Part shown: one piece after another, positions 32,578-41,696 of the stretch
Position numbering within the stretch: position 1 is the first letter of the stretch
How the letters are laid out: the number at the start of each line of letters is the position of its first letter
Source: Candidatus Freyarchaeum deiterrae
Lineage (GTDB): Archaea > Asgardarchaeota > Jordiarchaeia > Jordiarchaeales > Jordiarchaeaceae
NCBI GenBank assembly: GCA_037305845.1
Contig: CP147778.1
Span: 544,001-608,000, forward strand
Length of the DNA: 64,000 nt
Direction of reading: 5' to 3'
The notes under the pieces: generated by a model
Told to the model about the DNA's origin: nothing
Databases searched by the model: none
The model's input: only the letters and a program-made list of their open reading frames with translations
Translations under genes and position numbers: made by a program

Positions 32578-34452
32578 CTAGATTTTGTTTAGGAATTTTT
32601 CTATTTCTTCTTCCGCGTTGTCTGCTCTGATGTATATGGGTACGTTTGCCAGTCCTGTGGCGATGTAGCTTGAGAGCAGCCAGTCGCCGGGTGTGAATTC
32701 TAGGGTTTTTTCGAGTATGTTTTTGTCCATCATGAATGTGTTGCTGATTAGCCCCCGGTCGTAGGGTCGGGGTAGGGTGCTTACGAAGTATGTGTGTAAT
32801 TGCTGTAGGGCGCTGGTGTTGAGGTGGGCTATTCTCTGGGTGGCTATGCATCCGCCTAGACCGTATTTCCTTCCCTGTCGGAGCAGTCTTTCGACTTCGA
32901 TGGAGCACTGTTTATCTATTCCGGATACGTTTCCGGGATTCGCTACAAATTCCTGCGCTTCGTCCCAGACGAAGAGGATGTAGGGTCTTACTTTGAACTC
33001 TCTTTTTCTCTGGGCGAGGACGTTTTGGGTTAGGTCTATGACTAGCTGTTTTATTATTTGGGGGTCGCTGATTGAGACGCTGATGAGTCGGGTGTCTCCT
33101 TCTATTAGTCCTTGTATGGCTTCTGTGGTTAAACCCTCGCTGGAGTCGGTTTCTTCTCTTCCATGGAAGTAGCGGGCCATGTGTTCTCTCGTTTCAAACC
33201 AGCCGTAGAGGGTACTTTTTTCGTGTATTTTGTAGGCTTCGGCTATCTGTGGGGCGGCTATTGCTATTTTGTCTACGAACTCTCGGTCTATTTCGTCGGA
33301 TTCTATGCAGCCCTTCTCTTTCATGTGGTTTGCGGTTAGTATCTCGATTTCGTTTAGCGCTTCTACGTAGTTCGGTTTGCCTTGGTTGTCTGCCTTTAGC
33401 GCGACTACATCGTCCAGAAATTCTTGGAAGGTGGGAGTTCTCTGCACTTGCCGCACAAAGTGGGTAACCCTGTCCTGTGCATAAATTTTTTCCATTCCTT
33501 TAACCACTCTTGGATCATCCTCGAAGAGCTTTGGTTTAACGATTGAGTTGTAGAGTTTTTCTGCGGTCTCCGCTTTGTGCTCTAGAATAATTTTTGAGGG
33601 TATTCTCGGGTCTGCGAACAAATTCATTAGAAGGAAGGGGTATTCACAGGATATATCGAAAATTACCACCTTTGTGTCCGCGGTGTGTATCAGTAGCCTT
33701 CTCAGAACGTTCGAAAGCATATTACTCTTACCACCGCCAGTAAATGCGAAGATGCCGAAGTGGTATCTCACCAGTGAATCGTAGTCAATGTAGATGGGAA
33801 TGTTCTCAGCTGAAGCCTCAAACATCTTAATAGTTCCCAGCCTGGGATCTTTCCAGGGATCACTACTCGTCCCCTTAGAACTGAAGCCTATTTTCTCTAA
33901 CACTTTGCGGTTATACATGTCCTTAATCATTTCCTTGTTGAGAATGTAGACCTTTTCTCCAACGACCGGATAGGAGAATCCCCGCTTATAATCAAATTCG
34001 TGGTTCTCGCCGGTTACGAGGTCGTAGTTTATGGGGATTGCCGATATCTGTATAATCATGGTGGACTTGTCGCTGGTTTCCCAGTCGTTGACCGATTGTT
34101 CGATGACTTCAAACTGGAGAGGGTAGTACTGGTAGTCTTTCAAGCCTCTCAGACCGAAATGCTCCGGCCAGAAACGCAGAATCTCCATGAGAGTGTATCT
34201 GGTTCCACCCGTCTCCTTGGTTCTAAAGTTTCTCACCGCCAGAAGCATTCCTGAGTCGATTAGCCTCAGGAGGTCTCTATCGTACTCTGCTAGAACCCGG
34301 CAGGTGTATGGTGAGGATGAGCCGAATTCTTCACTGGAGGTCTCCTGGCTTGGAACCACTCTTCCAAGTCTCGCCTTGAATTTTCCATCGAAATCCGTAA
34401 AGTACAGTTTAAGCTCCTCTTCTAAGCTGCTCAATCTCACCCCTCCTTTCAC
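32578..34452 (-). CDS. HerA-family ATPase/helicase (DUF87)
   Basis: N-terminal barrel-like region, HFGIFAFTGGGKSN Walker A, IFDISCEY, FVWDEAQEF Walker B, RQGRKYGLG, ATQR. Confidence 0.9.
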   Translation of the reverse strand: MKGGVRLSSLEEELKLYFTDFDGKFKARLGRVVPSQETSSEEFGSSSPYTCRVLAEYDRDLLRLIDSGMLLAVRNFRTKETGGTRYTLMEILRFWPEHFGLRGLKDYQYYPLQFEVIEQSVNDWETSDKSTMIIQISAIPINYDLVTGENHEFDYKRGFSYPVVGEKVYILNKEMIKDMYNRKVLEKIGFSSKGTSSDPWKDPRLGTIKMFEASAENIPIYIDYDSLVRYHFGIFAFTGGGKSNMLSNVLRRLLIHTADTKVVIFDISCEYPFLLMNLFADPRIPSKIILEHKAETAEKLYNSIVKPKLFEDDPRVVKGMEKIYAQDRVTHFVRQVQRTPTFQEFLDDVVALKADNQGKPNYVEALNEIEILTANHMKEKGCIESDEIDREFVDKIAIAAPQIAEAYKIHEKSTLYGWFETREHMARYFHGREETDSSEGLTTEAIQGLIEGDTRLISVSISDPQIIKQLVIDLTQNVLAQRKREFKVRPYILFVWDEAQEFVANPGNVSGIDKQCSIEVERLLRQGRKYGLGGCIATQRIAHLNTSALQQLHTYFVSTLPRPYDRGLISNTFMMDKNILEKTLEFTPGDWLLSSYIATGLANVPIYIRADNAEEEIEKFLNKI

Positions 34453-36334
34453 GGAAGCTGGTCATGTAGTAAACAAATTTCTTCAAATCTTTATTCGTCA
34501 TAATCCACTCCTTAGCGGTATCAATCAGGTTCCTAAACAGGGAGTAATTCCACTTCGCCACATTATCCGCAATGAACAGTGGCTTATTATGCCCGAACAC
34601 CTCGGGAATAGTTGAAGACGTTGTAGCCGTAAGAGTAACCAGAGTAAGGTTCTGAAGCTCGTTTCCATTTCCCTCATTCTTCATTATAAAGATATTCACA
34701 GGCTCTTCTCCAACATAAATCTGGCGGAAACTCTCAATATTTTCCTTTCTCATATCGTATTCTGGGTAGGCCAACCGGTCTATGAGTAGAACGTTGCTCC
34801 TCAGTTTTGGATCGTGCACAGCCTCTTGCAGTTGTATGTAGCTTTTGAGAAACAATCTTTCCATGGTTATCTTGTTTTTCCTCGCTCCCATAACATATCT
34901 CGGTCCTCTTTGGTGATCCGGTACAATTGTGGTAAAAGCGGAATCGTACTCTATTAGGCTCCAGGGGGGATGGAGAGTGTCGTAACTGTTGAAGGAGAAG
35001 GACTGTAAAAGCATCCGGTCGGTGTTGGGAAGAGTCGAGAAGCATTCTGGCGAAAGGGTGCAGCTGAATAGGTTGCAGTTAGAGCAGACGGGAATGAAGT
35101 GGTTCTTAAAATCACTCGCCGCGGTGTCCTTAGTTATTCCCAAAAGTAGAACTTTTCTTTTCCAGCACTCCTCGATGAGCATGTAGAAGCAGAAAAGGGT
35201 AAGAAAGGCAATGTCCAGCGTGGACATATATTGAGAAGTACCATCCGCTCTCTCTATAATCATCTTATTACCCGCCGCGGATTCCTCTATGTCTTCTTGG
35301 AATATTCCCCGTCCCAAACTTCTAACCATTTTAGAAAGTCTCTCCCAAGAATTCCTATACCGAGGGTTGATACTGTATTCAGGATGGCTGTGAAGAATTA
35401 TACCCTCTCTCACAAGACTGCTAATATACCTACCCACCTTTTCTTCTCGCGCGGAATCATTTATTCCCAATTCTTCACAAATCTGCTTCAACGTGATAGG
35501 GGATTCCTTCTTTTCCAAAAGGAGAATTATGCTGTGGCGCAAATAGTCGCCTCTAGCAGGAGGAAGGCTAAGTTCGGGATTCAAGACCCGGTACCGGCCG
35601 ATGAAGAGATCGTTTTTATCAATGGGTTCACCATCCACCATGTATCCCATTATGGCGCACTTCTTGTCCCAGTAGGTTTTCTTTGAGGTTTCCTTGGCGA
35701 TGGCGCGTTGAGTGCCTGAGAGAGACCTATCTAGGAAAAGAATCTTCACAGGGTCTTTTGGATTAGTCACCAGAAGATATGCCAGATAGTATTCTGCGAA
35801 GGTCATAATCCAGTTCGCGATCGCCGAGTTGTCCGCTATCTCCTGTTCAGATAGTGGCTGAGAAAGTAGACCCTCTGGATCGTCGCCTTCACGGAAAAAT
35901 GTCTGGTCAATCTCCGGAACCTCATTAATATAAACTGGAACACAGCTAGAGATGCCCCTTCCCTCTTCTAAAAGTCGAGTGTAGTATTCAACCGTGGGTT
36001 TGGAATCTTTATTGAATTGGATTTGACCGTCTGCAGCGTAGGCACCTCCGAAGAAGAGGATAAAGTCGAAAAGTCTTTTTGAGTACTCTGTCCCATCCAC
36101 CGCTGCGAATCTAACCGTGTCGGAACCGAAAAAGTCCACAGCGGTGCTATAAGCCTTTTCAAGGTTTAAATCTTTGACCAAGAGTTTGGATATGAAATTG
36201 TTTATATCATCTATTGAAGAGAACCTGTTTTTGTAGTCGGTGAGTTGTCGCTCTACGCCTTTTAACAGAATGCTGCTGATCCTACTTATCTGAGAACTCA
36301 GGAAAGATTTTCCCATAACAATTACTCCTAACAA
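34409..36334 (-). CDS. NurA-family nuclease, unusually long, with winged-helix insertion
   Basis: FAAVDGT, FAEY, ILFLDRSL, LGITKD, GHNKPLFIAD NurA motifs; overlaps the HerA start. Confidence 0.8.
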   Translation of the reverse strand: MLGVIVMGKSFLSSQISRISSILLKGVERQLTDYKNRFSSIDDINNFISKLLVKDLNLEKAYSTAVDFFGSDTVRFAAVDGTEYSKRLFDFILFFGGAYAADGQIQFNKDSKPTVEYYTRLLEEGRGISSCVPVYINEVPEIDQTFFREGDDPEGLLSQPLSEQEIADNSAIANWIMTFAEYYLAYLLVTNPKDPVKILFLDRSLSGTQRAIAKETSKKTYWDKKCAIMGYMVDGEPIDKNDLFIGRYRVLNPELSLPPARGDYLRHSIILLLEKKESPITLKQICEELGINDSAREEKVGRYISSLVREGIILHSHPEYSINPRYRNSWERLSKMVRSLGRGIFQEDIEESAAGNKMIIERADGTSQYMSTLDIAFLTLFCFYMLIEECWKRKVLLLGITKDTAASDFKNHFIPVCSNCNLFSCTLSPECFSTLPNTDRMLLQSFSFNSYDTLHPPWSLIEYDSAFTTIVPDHQRGPRYVMGARKNKITMERLFLKSYIQLQEAVHDPKLRSNVLLIDRLAYPEYDMRKENIESFRQIYVGEEPVNIFIMKNEGNGNELQNLTLVTLTATTSSTIPEVFGHNKPLFIADNVAKWNYSLFRNLIDTAKEWIMTNKDLKKFVYYMTSFRERRGEIEQLRRGA

Positions 36335-36652
36335 ACCATGGAATATATCTTTTTAGAATACTTTGTCTTGAAGAACACCTGACCCCCGAGTTCAAGAACC
36401 ATAATATTAATATCAAGTTTACACGATTTAAAGATATCATATTATTGAAAAAGTCAAAGAAACAATTTTAAGCATTTTACCATAGTAAACTTTCAGAGCT
36501 TCCTTAATGATATTATTAACATTTTTATCTTCAAATGTTATTTGTATTTTTAAGCAGTCATTAAGCTCATTATGAACATTGATTAATTAAGCAAGATTTT
36601 TCCAACAATTACATTTTTCCAATTCTCGTGAAGCGATTACAGTTGGGGTGAA

Positions 36653-38374
36653 ATGATGAAGTTTTCTACTCTAGCGAAGTGTTTTGAGAATTTAGAAAAC
36701 ACTTCAAGCCGGCTTGGGATGACCGACATCCTGGCGAGTCTCTTCAAAGAGTGTACGGTTGAGGATATAGACAAGGTTATTTACATGCTTCAGGGTGTTG
36801 TGGCTCCTCCCTTTAAGGGTATAGAGATGGGTATGGGGGAGAAGTTTGTTCAAAAAGCGGTGTCTAATGCGTCGGGTGTTTCGAAGGAGGAGGTGGTTAA
36901 GGAGTATAAGTCATCTGGTGACTTGGGAATAGTGGTTTCAGGTCTTCTTCCTAAAAAAGAAGGAAATCTTACGGTCTCCCAGGTTTGTGATGCTTTCATG
37001 AAGATTGCGACGGCTTCGGGTAAAGGTACACAGGAAGTGCGAATTAAAGCCTTAACGGAACTCTTAAAGAACTCTTCCCCACTGGAAGCGAGGTACTTGG
37101 TTAGGATACCTTTGGGTAAGCTTAGGCTGGGTGCAGGTGATGCCACGATAATAGATGCGCTATCTGTGAGAATTGTTGGCGATAAGTCTATGAAGGGAGA
37201 GATTGAGAGGGCTTACAATCTCTGCTGCGACATGGGCTTGGTCGCCAAAACGCTGTATACGGATAGGATAGCAATCTCAAATTTTGAGATTAAGGTGGGT
37301 AACCCTATTAAGCCGGCTTTGGCTGAGAGGCTCCCCAGTGTGGAGGAGATAATTGATAAGATTGGTGAGTGCTACGCAGAAGCCAAATATGATGGGTTCA
37401 GAATCCAGCTCCACAAAGAGGGGGACAAGGTCGAACTCTTCTCGAGAAGAATTGAGAGAATGACCCACATGTTTCCTGAATTAGTCCAGGCAGCCAGAGA
37501 ACAAATTAAAGGGGATGCCATCATTGAGGGAGAAACTATAAGTTATAATGAATCCACAGGAGAATTTTTACCATTTCAGTTCACTATTAGAAGAAAGAGA
37601 AAACACGGAGTAGAGGAAATGGCGGAGCAGTATCCTGTGGTGTACTTCGCCTTCGACATTCTTTACAACGGCCAAGACCTTACAAAGAAGTCCTACATCG
37701 AAAGGAGAAGTGTTCTGGAAAGTAGCATTAGTGAAGGTGAAAGAATTAGAGTTTCCGAGAAGATAAGAACTAAAGACGCCGAGGAGATGAAACGTTTCTT
37801 CAATGAGAGCATTGAGAGGGGACTGGAGGGAATCGTGGCAAAAGATTTGAACGCTCCATACACAGCTGGAGCCAGAAAGTTTGCGTGGATAAAATTGAAG
37901 AGGTCATACAAGGGTGAATTAGCGGATACAATTGATGTCACAATTGTAGGGTATCTCGCCGGAAGAGGATCCAGAGCAAAAATGGTGGGAGCCCTGCTAG
38001 GAGCGGTCTACGACGAGGAGACTGAAACTTTCAAGACCGTAGCCAAAGTGGGCTCCGGAATGACGGAAGACCAAATGAAAACGCTGAAGAAAATGTTAGA
38101 CGAGATTAGGGTTGAAAACAAACCGAAAAACGTGGATGCAATCATAGTTCCCGATGTCTGGACTTATCCTCAGTACGTGGTTACGGTGTCCGCTGATGAG
38201 ATAACATTATCGCCTTCACACACCTGCGGCAGAGTCCAAGATTTGGGATACGCTCTCAGATTTCCCAGAATGGTGAGCTGGATAAGGGAAGATAAAAAAC
38301 CCGAGGACTCCACTACGGTAAAAGAGATAATAGAAATGTATAATATGCAAAAACATGCAAAGACTGGTGAATGA
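36653..38374 (+). CDS. lig: ATP-dependent DNA ligase (archaeal type)
   Basis: EAKYDGFRIQLH (motif I), IIEGE, FAFDIL, EGIVAK, WIKLK, ALRFPR. Confidence 0.96.
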   Translation: MMKFSTLAKCFENLENTSSRLGMTDILASLFKECTVEDIDKVIYMLQGVVAPPFKGIEMGMGEKFVQKAVSNASGVSKEEVVKEYKSSGDLGIVVSGLLPKKEGNLTVSQVCDAFMKIATASGKGTQEVRIKALTELLKNSSPLEARYLVRIPLGKLRLGAGDATIIDALSVRIVGDKSMKGEIERAYNLCCDMGLVAKTLYTDRIAISNFEIKVGNPIKPALAERLPSVEEIIDKIGECYAEAKYDGFRIQLHKEGDKVELFSRRIERMTHMFPELVQAAREQIKGDAIIEGETISYNESTGEFLPFQFTIRRKRKHGVEEMAEQYPVVYFAFDILYNGQDLTKKSYIERRSVLESSISEGERIRVSEKIRTKDAEEMKRFFNESIERGLEGIVAKDLNAPYTAGARKFAWIKLKRSYKGELADTIDVTIVGYLAGRGSRAKMVGALLGAVYDEETETFKTVAKVGSGMTEDQMKTLKKMLDEIRVENKPKNVDAIIVPDVWTYPQYVVTVSADEITLSPSHTCGRVQDLGYALRFPRMVSWIREDKKPEDSTTVKEIIEMYNMQKHAKTGE

Positions 38375-38411
38375 GATCTGCCTTTTTTTAAAAAAAAAAG
38401 AAATAAGTGGA

Positions 38412-38759
38412 TTAAAGGCCCACAAGAGCCGATAGGATATAGCCTATCATGTAAGAGCGTAGTATGTAATCGTAGTACCAGCCGCTTCCGAAGAAAACAC
38501 CGTTCAAAACCACTCCCAGTTCTACCAGAAGATTTGTCCCTGCAAATACTTGAACACCCAAAGAGACTCCGAGTATTGTTCCCAAGGGCGACAGACCCAA
38601 CCCTTGAGCATCAGTAATTATGCTACTCACAATGTTCAGTATCTGCGTTTGTGTAATCATTAGGAAAGTTATTAGTCCGAACCATATGCCTATTATAACC
38701 AGAATTGCGAGAGCTAACCTTGCTACTGCTTCTTCTTTCAAGTTTTTCATCTCCTCCAA
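38412..38759 (-). CDS. Small membrane protein
   Basis: About 3 hydrophobic segments. Confidence 0.55.
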   Translation of the reverse strand: MEEMKNLKEEAVARLALAILVIIGIWFGLITFLMITQTQILNIVSSIITDAQGLGLSPLGTILGVSLGVQVFAGTNLLVELGVVLNGVFFGSGWYYDYILRSYMIGYILSALVGL

Positions 38760-38858
38760 AACGTTACTCTACTAATGATTGGAGGATATTTATAAATTAT
38801 TTGCTTATGGCACAGTTTTAAAAACTAGTTAATTATCCTTTAAAAGTATCAAAATAAA

Positions 38859-39008
38859 TAGAGAAAAGTAATGTCTTTTTCGTCAATATTAGAATTTTTC
38901 TACCTATCTTGCGAACCGGTAGGGGAGATACTAGACCGACTTTGGCTTTCGCTGAATTCATATTGGCTTCATTTTCGCTTAGGGCAATGCTGTATGTTAC
39001 TGCTCTAA
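38859..39008 (+). ncRNA. Candidate structured RNA (nested stems)
   Basis: Hand-found pairings TAGAG..AGTAATGT/ATGTTACT.CTCTA, GTCAATAT..GAATTT/GAATTCATATTGGC and CCTATC/GGTAGG; G-U pairs favour the + strand. Confidence 0.3.
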
Positions 39009-39042
39009 AAAAAATTATCACTAGTTAAAAAATGGAAAGATG

Positions 39043-39118
39043 GGAGATTTGGTCGCTTTGGCTAAGTTTCGGGAACAAAATTTCATTTATCTTTTCGATT
39101 TTATTCCCACCAAATCTC
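39043..39118 (-). promoter_or_regulatory. Candidate SECIS element (circularly permuted, K-loop form) in the 3' UTR of the selenoprotein gene
   Basis: mRNA: GAGAUUUGGU GGGAAUAAAAU CGAA AAGAUAA AUGAA AUUUUGUUCCC GAAA CUUAGCCAAAG CG ACCAAAUCUC; 10-bp outer stem, 11-bp inner helix, tandem G.A core. Confidence 0.55.
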
Positions 39119-39576
39119 TAACTTTTTAATTTTTTAAGGACTTCGAATATTTCCTCGTTTTTGGGGATGTCCTGCATTGAATCGCCGTAGTGCGCATACT
39201 GTATGATTCCTTCTTTGTCTACTACTAGTAAAGCGGGCATTCTTCCCAATTTGAGTGGGTTAACCTCTTGTTTCAACAAGTTGGGAACCTTTTTGGTTTG
39301 GTCGTAGTATACTGGGTATTTTCCTTTTGCGTATTTTGTTTCCATTTTTTGGGAGTTTGCCAGTGTGTCTGCGGTAATGGGGTATAATGCGGCATTTAGC
39401 TGATCGAATTCGTTGAGGTGGTTTGCTAGTCTGGCGATGTGTGCTCTGCAGTATGGTCAGTTGATACCTCTGAGAAGGACTACTACCACGTTTTTCTTAC
39501 CTTCAAAGTCCTTTATGTTGACATTTTCTCCTCTTGAGTTCGGCAGGCTGAATTCTGGAATTTTTGTGCCTACCAT
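39118..39576 (-). CDS. Peroxiredoxin-like (AhpC/TSA, thioredoxin fold) selenoprotein, Sec at codon 40
   Basis: MVGTKIPEFSLPNSRGENVNIKDFEGKKNVVVVLLRGIN-TGA(39459..39457)-PYCRAHIARL continues in frame into the 39118..39345 ORF (PALLVVDKEGIIQYAHYG...IPKNEEI); 152 aa. Confidence 0.88.
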
Positions 39577-39715
39577 TTTGAACTTGTCATTCGTCTTGTA
39601 GGCACCTCCTCCATTCGCTAAAAGATAGAATAGTATATTTTTATTTATAGTTTTTGCGGTTAATATAGGGTTGTGGATATTAATGAAGCTAAGGAAATGG
39701 CAACACTATTGTTTT

Positions 39716-40522
39716 CTATTTTTTACTTTTTGGGCACGGCTCATCTAGTAATGCTATTACTTCCTTGTATTGTTTCAAATCCGCTGGTACGGTTAGTTGC
39801 ATCTCTTCCAAGAAGTCTGAGTACATTTTCTGGTCTAGGACCTCGCATAGGAAGTCTTTAATTTTGTGAGCGACTCTTAATCCCTCTGAACCACATTGAT
39901 CAACTAGATTTAGGAAAATACTCGCCATTGATTCTCGGAGGGAGCTTTGGAGTTCTTTGCCTTTATCAGGTATTTTTTTCCGCATCTTCCAGACAGTATT
40001 AAAAATCTTCAGTGCTTCCTCTGCTTTTTTAACCCTCTTGTCACAACTAAGTGTAGAAGCCAAGTTTAGGAGAGTTTGTCCTTTGCTGTAGACAGCTATC
40101 GCGTAGTCCGGCACTATTTTTAAAGCCGCATCGTAACTCTTTATAGCCTCTTCGTACCTGCCTAGTTTTCCAAGAGCGATTCCCTTATTGTAGTAGGTTA
40201 CAAAGTTATGATGGTTTATTTTTAACGCGTCATCCAGACTTTCTATGGCTTCTTCATACTTATTCAGCTTTATGAGAGAGCCGCCCTTATTGTTTAAAGC
40301 TTCTACGTCTTTTGGGTTTATTTTTAGAACCCTGTCGAAACACTCTACAGCCTCATCGTGTCTTCCTAGCTGGTCCAGCGCGGTGCCCTTGTTAGTCAGA
40401 GCTACTTCGTCTTGAGAATTGATATTCAGAGCCTTGTTATAAAATTGTATAGCCTCTTCATATTTTCCCTCATCAACCAGAGAGTTCCCTTGGTTAACGA
40501 GGTCTTCTTCAGACTCATCCAT
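39716..40522 (-). CDS. TPR repeat protein
   Basis: 4-5 TPRs (ALTNKGTALDQLGRHDEAVECFDRVLKINP). Confidence 0.92.
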   Translation of the reverse strand: MDESEEDLVNQGNSLVDEGKYEEAIQFYNKALNINSQDEVALTNKGTALDQLGRHDEAVECFDRVLKINPKDVEALNNKGGSLIKLNKYEEAIESLDDALKINHHNFVTYYNKGIALGKLGRYEEAIKSYDAALKIVPDYAIAVYSKGQTLLNLASTLSCDKRVKKAEEALKIFNTVWKMRKKIPDKGKELQSSLRESMASIFLNLVDQCGSEGLRVAHKIKDFLCEVLDQKMYSDFLEEMQLTVPADLKQYKEVIALLDEPCPKSKK

Positions 40523-40674
40523 AAAATAACCCTCCTTTTAATCTGATTTTGCTAAATCATAAAATTTAGCAGTTCCATATCCGTAAATTCATCAGTTCTA
40601 ATTATATAAGGCGTCCTAGTTTTTATGTTTTATTTTAAAAAAATATTTATTCCACTTGTTGAATCTGGAATTTT

Positions 40675-41586
40675 CTATACCTTTTTCAGAATGTCTCTGT
40701 ACACTGAGGCTTCTGGGTGGATTTCTATATCTGTTTTTTTAATGAAGTTCTGGTATCCCCGTTCTCCCAAAATCTTAATCAAAAGTTTTTTTATGTTTAC
40801 AACGCTTGGTGAAGCCGCAGAGCCGCAGACTTCAGCCAGATTTTGTATAACCTGAATCATAATGCGAGGAACATCGACCTTGAATCTTTGCACAACCTCG
40901 GGAGACAGCTTTTCTACATCCCAAACCGATTCCAAACTTTCAAGGACCGCACTAACCCTGGAGATTGCATTCTCACAGCTCAATGTACCGGGGAAAACCA
41001 GCAGAGCTAGGGCCTTATTAAGAGAAGCTTCAGCCATTTGAGGGTTCAAAGCTAGTGCCTCGTCAAAAAGTTTAGCCGCTTCATCGAATCTTCCCAAACG
41101 CAGGAGAAGATTGCCCTTGTTGTAGATTGTTTCCGCATCCTTAGGATTTATCTCGAGAGCCTTATTGTAACACTCTAGAGACTCATTAAAGCAGCACAGG
41201 TTTAGCAATGCATTCCCCTTGTTATGCAAGGCTTCCCAGTCCTGGGAATTTATCTCCAAGACCTTGTCAAAAAAATTAATCGCTTCCCTAGATTTACCCA
41301 GCTCGCAGAGGGCGGTGCCCTTATTGAACAAGGCCTCTGAGTTTTCCGGTTTCAGAGCTAGAGCTTCATCATAGTAGTGAATAGCCTCCTCCAACTTACC
41401 TTGCTCAAAAAATTCGTTGCCCTTGTTAACCAGATCCTTAACCTTCTTTGAATCCAAGCCTATGCCTCTCCAACAAAAACCATCAAATGATAACCTTTTC
41501 TCTCTTTCCCTTCTTATATCTTGCAACCATTGAGGCTTTGACCGCATCCAAATAAATATTAGTGGTTGTGAAGCAACAATTATCAT
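40675..41586 (-). CDS. TPR repeat protein, paralog of the neighbouring gene; true start probably the internal TTG (LDSKK) near 41457
   Basis: About 4-5 TPRs; GGAGAGG SD before the TTG. Confidence 0.88.
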   Translation of the reverse strand: MIIVASQPLIFIWMRSKPQWLQDIRREREKRLSFDGFCWRGIGLDSKKVKDLVNKGNEFFEQGKLEEAIHYYDEALALKPENSEALFNKGTALCELGKSREAINFFDKVLEINSQDWEALHNKGNALLNLCCFNESLECYNKALEINPKDAETIYNKGNLLLRLGRFDEAAKLFDEALALNPQMAEASLNKALALLVFPGTLSCENAISRVSAVLESLESVWDVEKLSPEVVQRFKVDVPRIMIQVIQNLAEVCGSAASPSVVNIKKLLIKILGERGYQNFIKKTDIEIHPEASVYRDILKKV

Positions 41587-41696
41587 TTCTGAGTAAAAAT
41601 TTAGTTAATTTTAAATAAAACAAGTATAAAATAATATTTAACCTGTTTAAAGTAGGAATCTTCTTTTAGAAAGAATAGAGGAGAGAGGTTTCTAAA

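Noticed and set aside
38960-39000. Twister ribozyme-like sequence on the minus strand (UAACAU...CCUAAGC...AUG)
   Set aside because: The P4 stem and the GAGG pseudoknot partner are missing.
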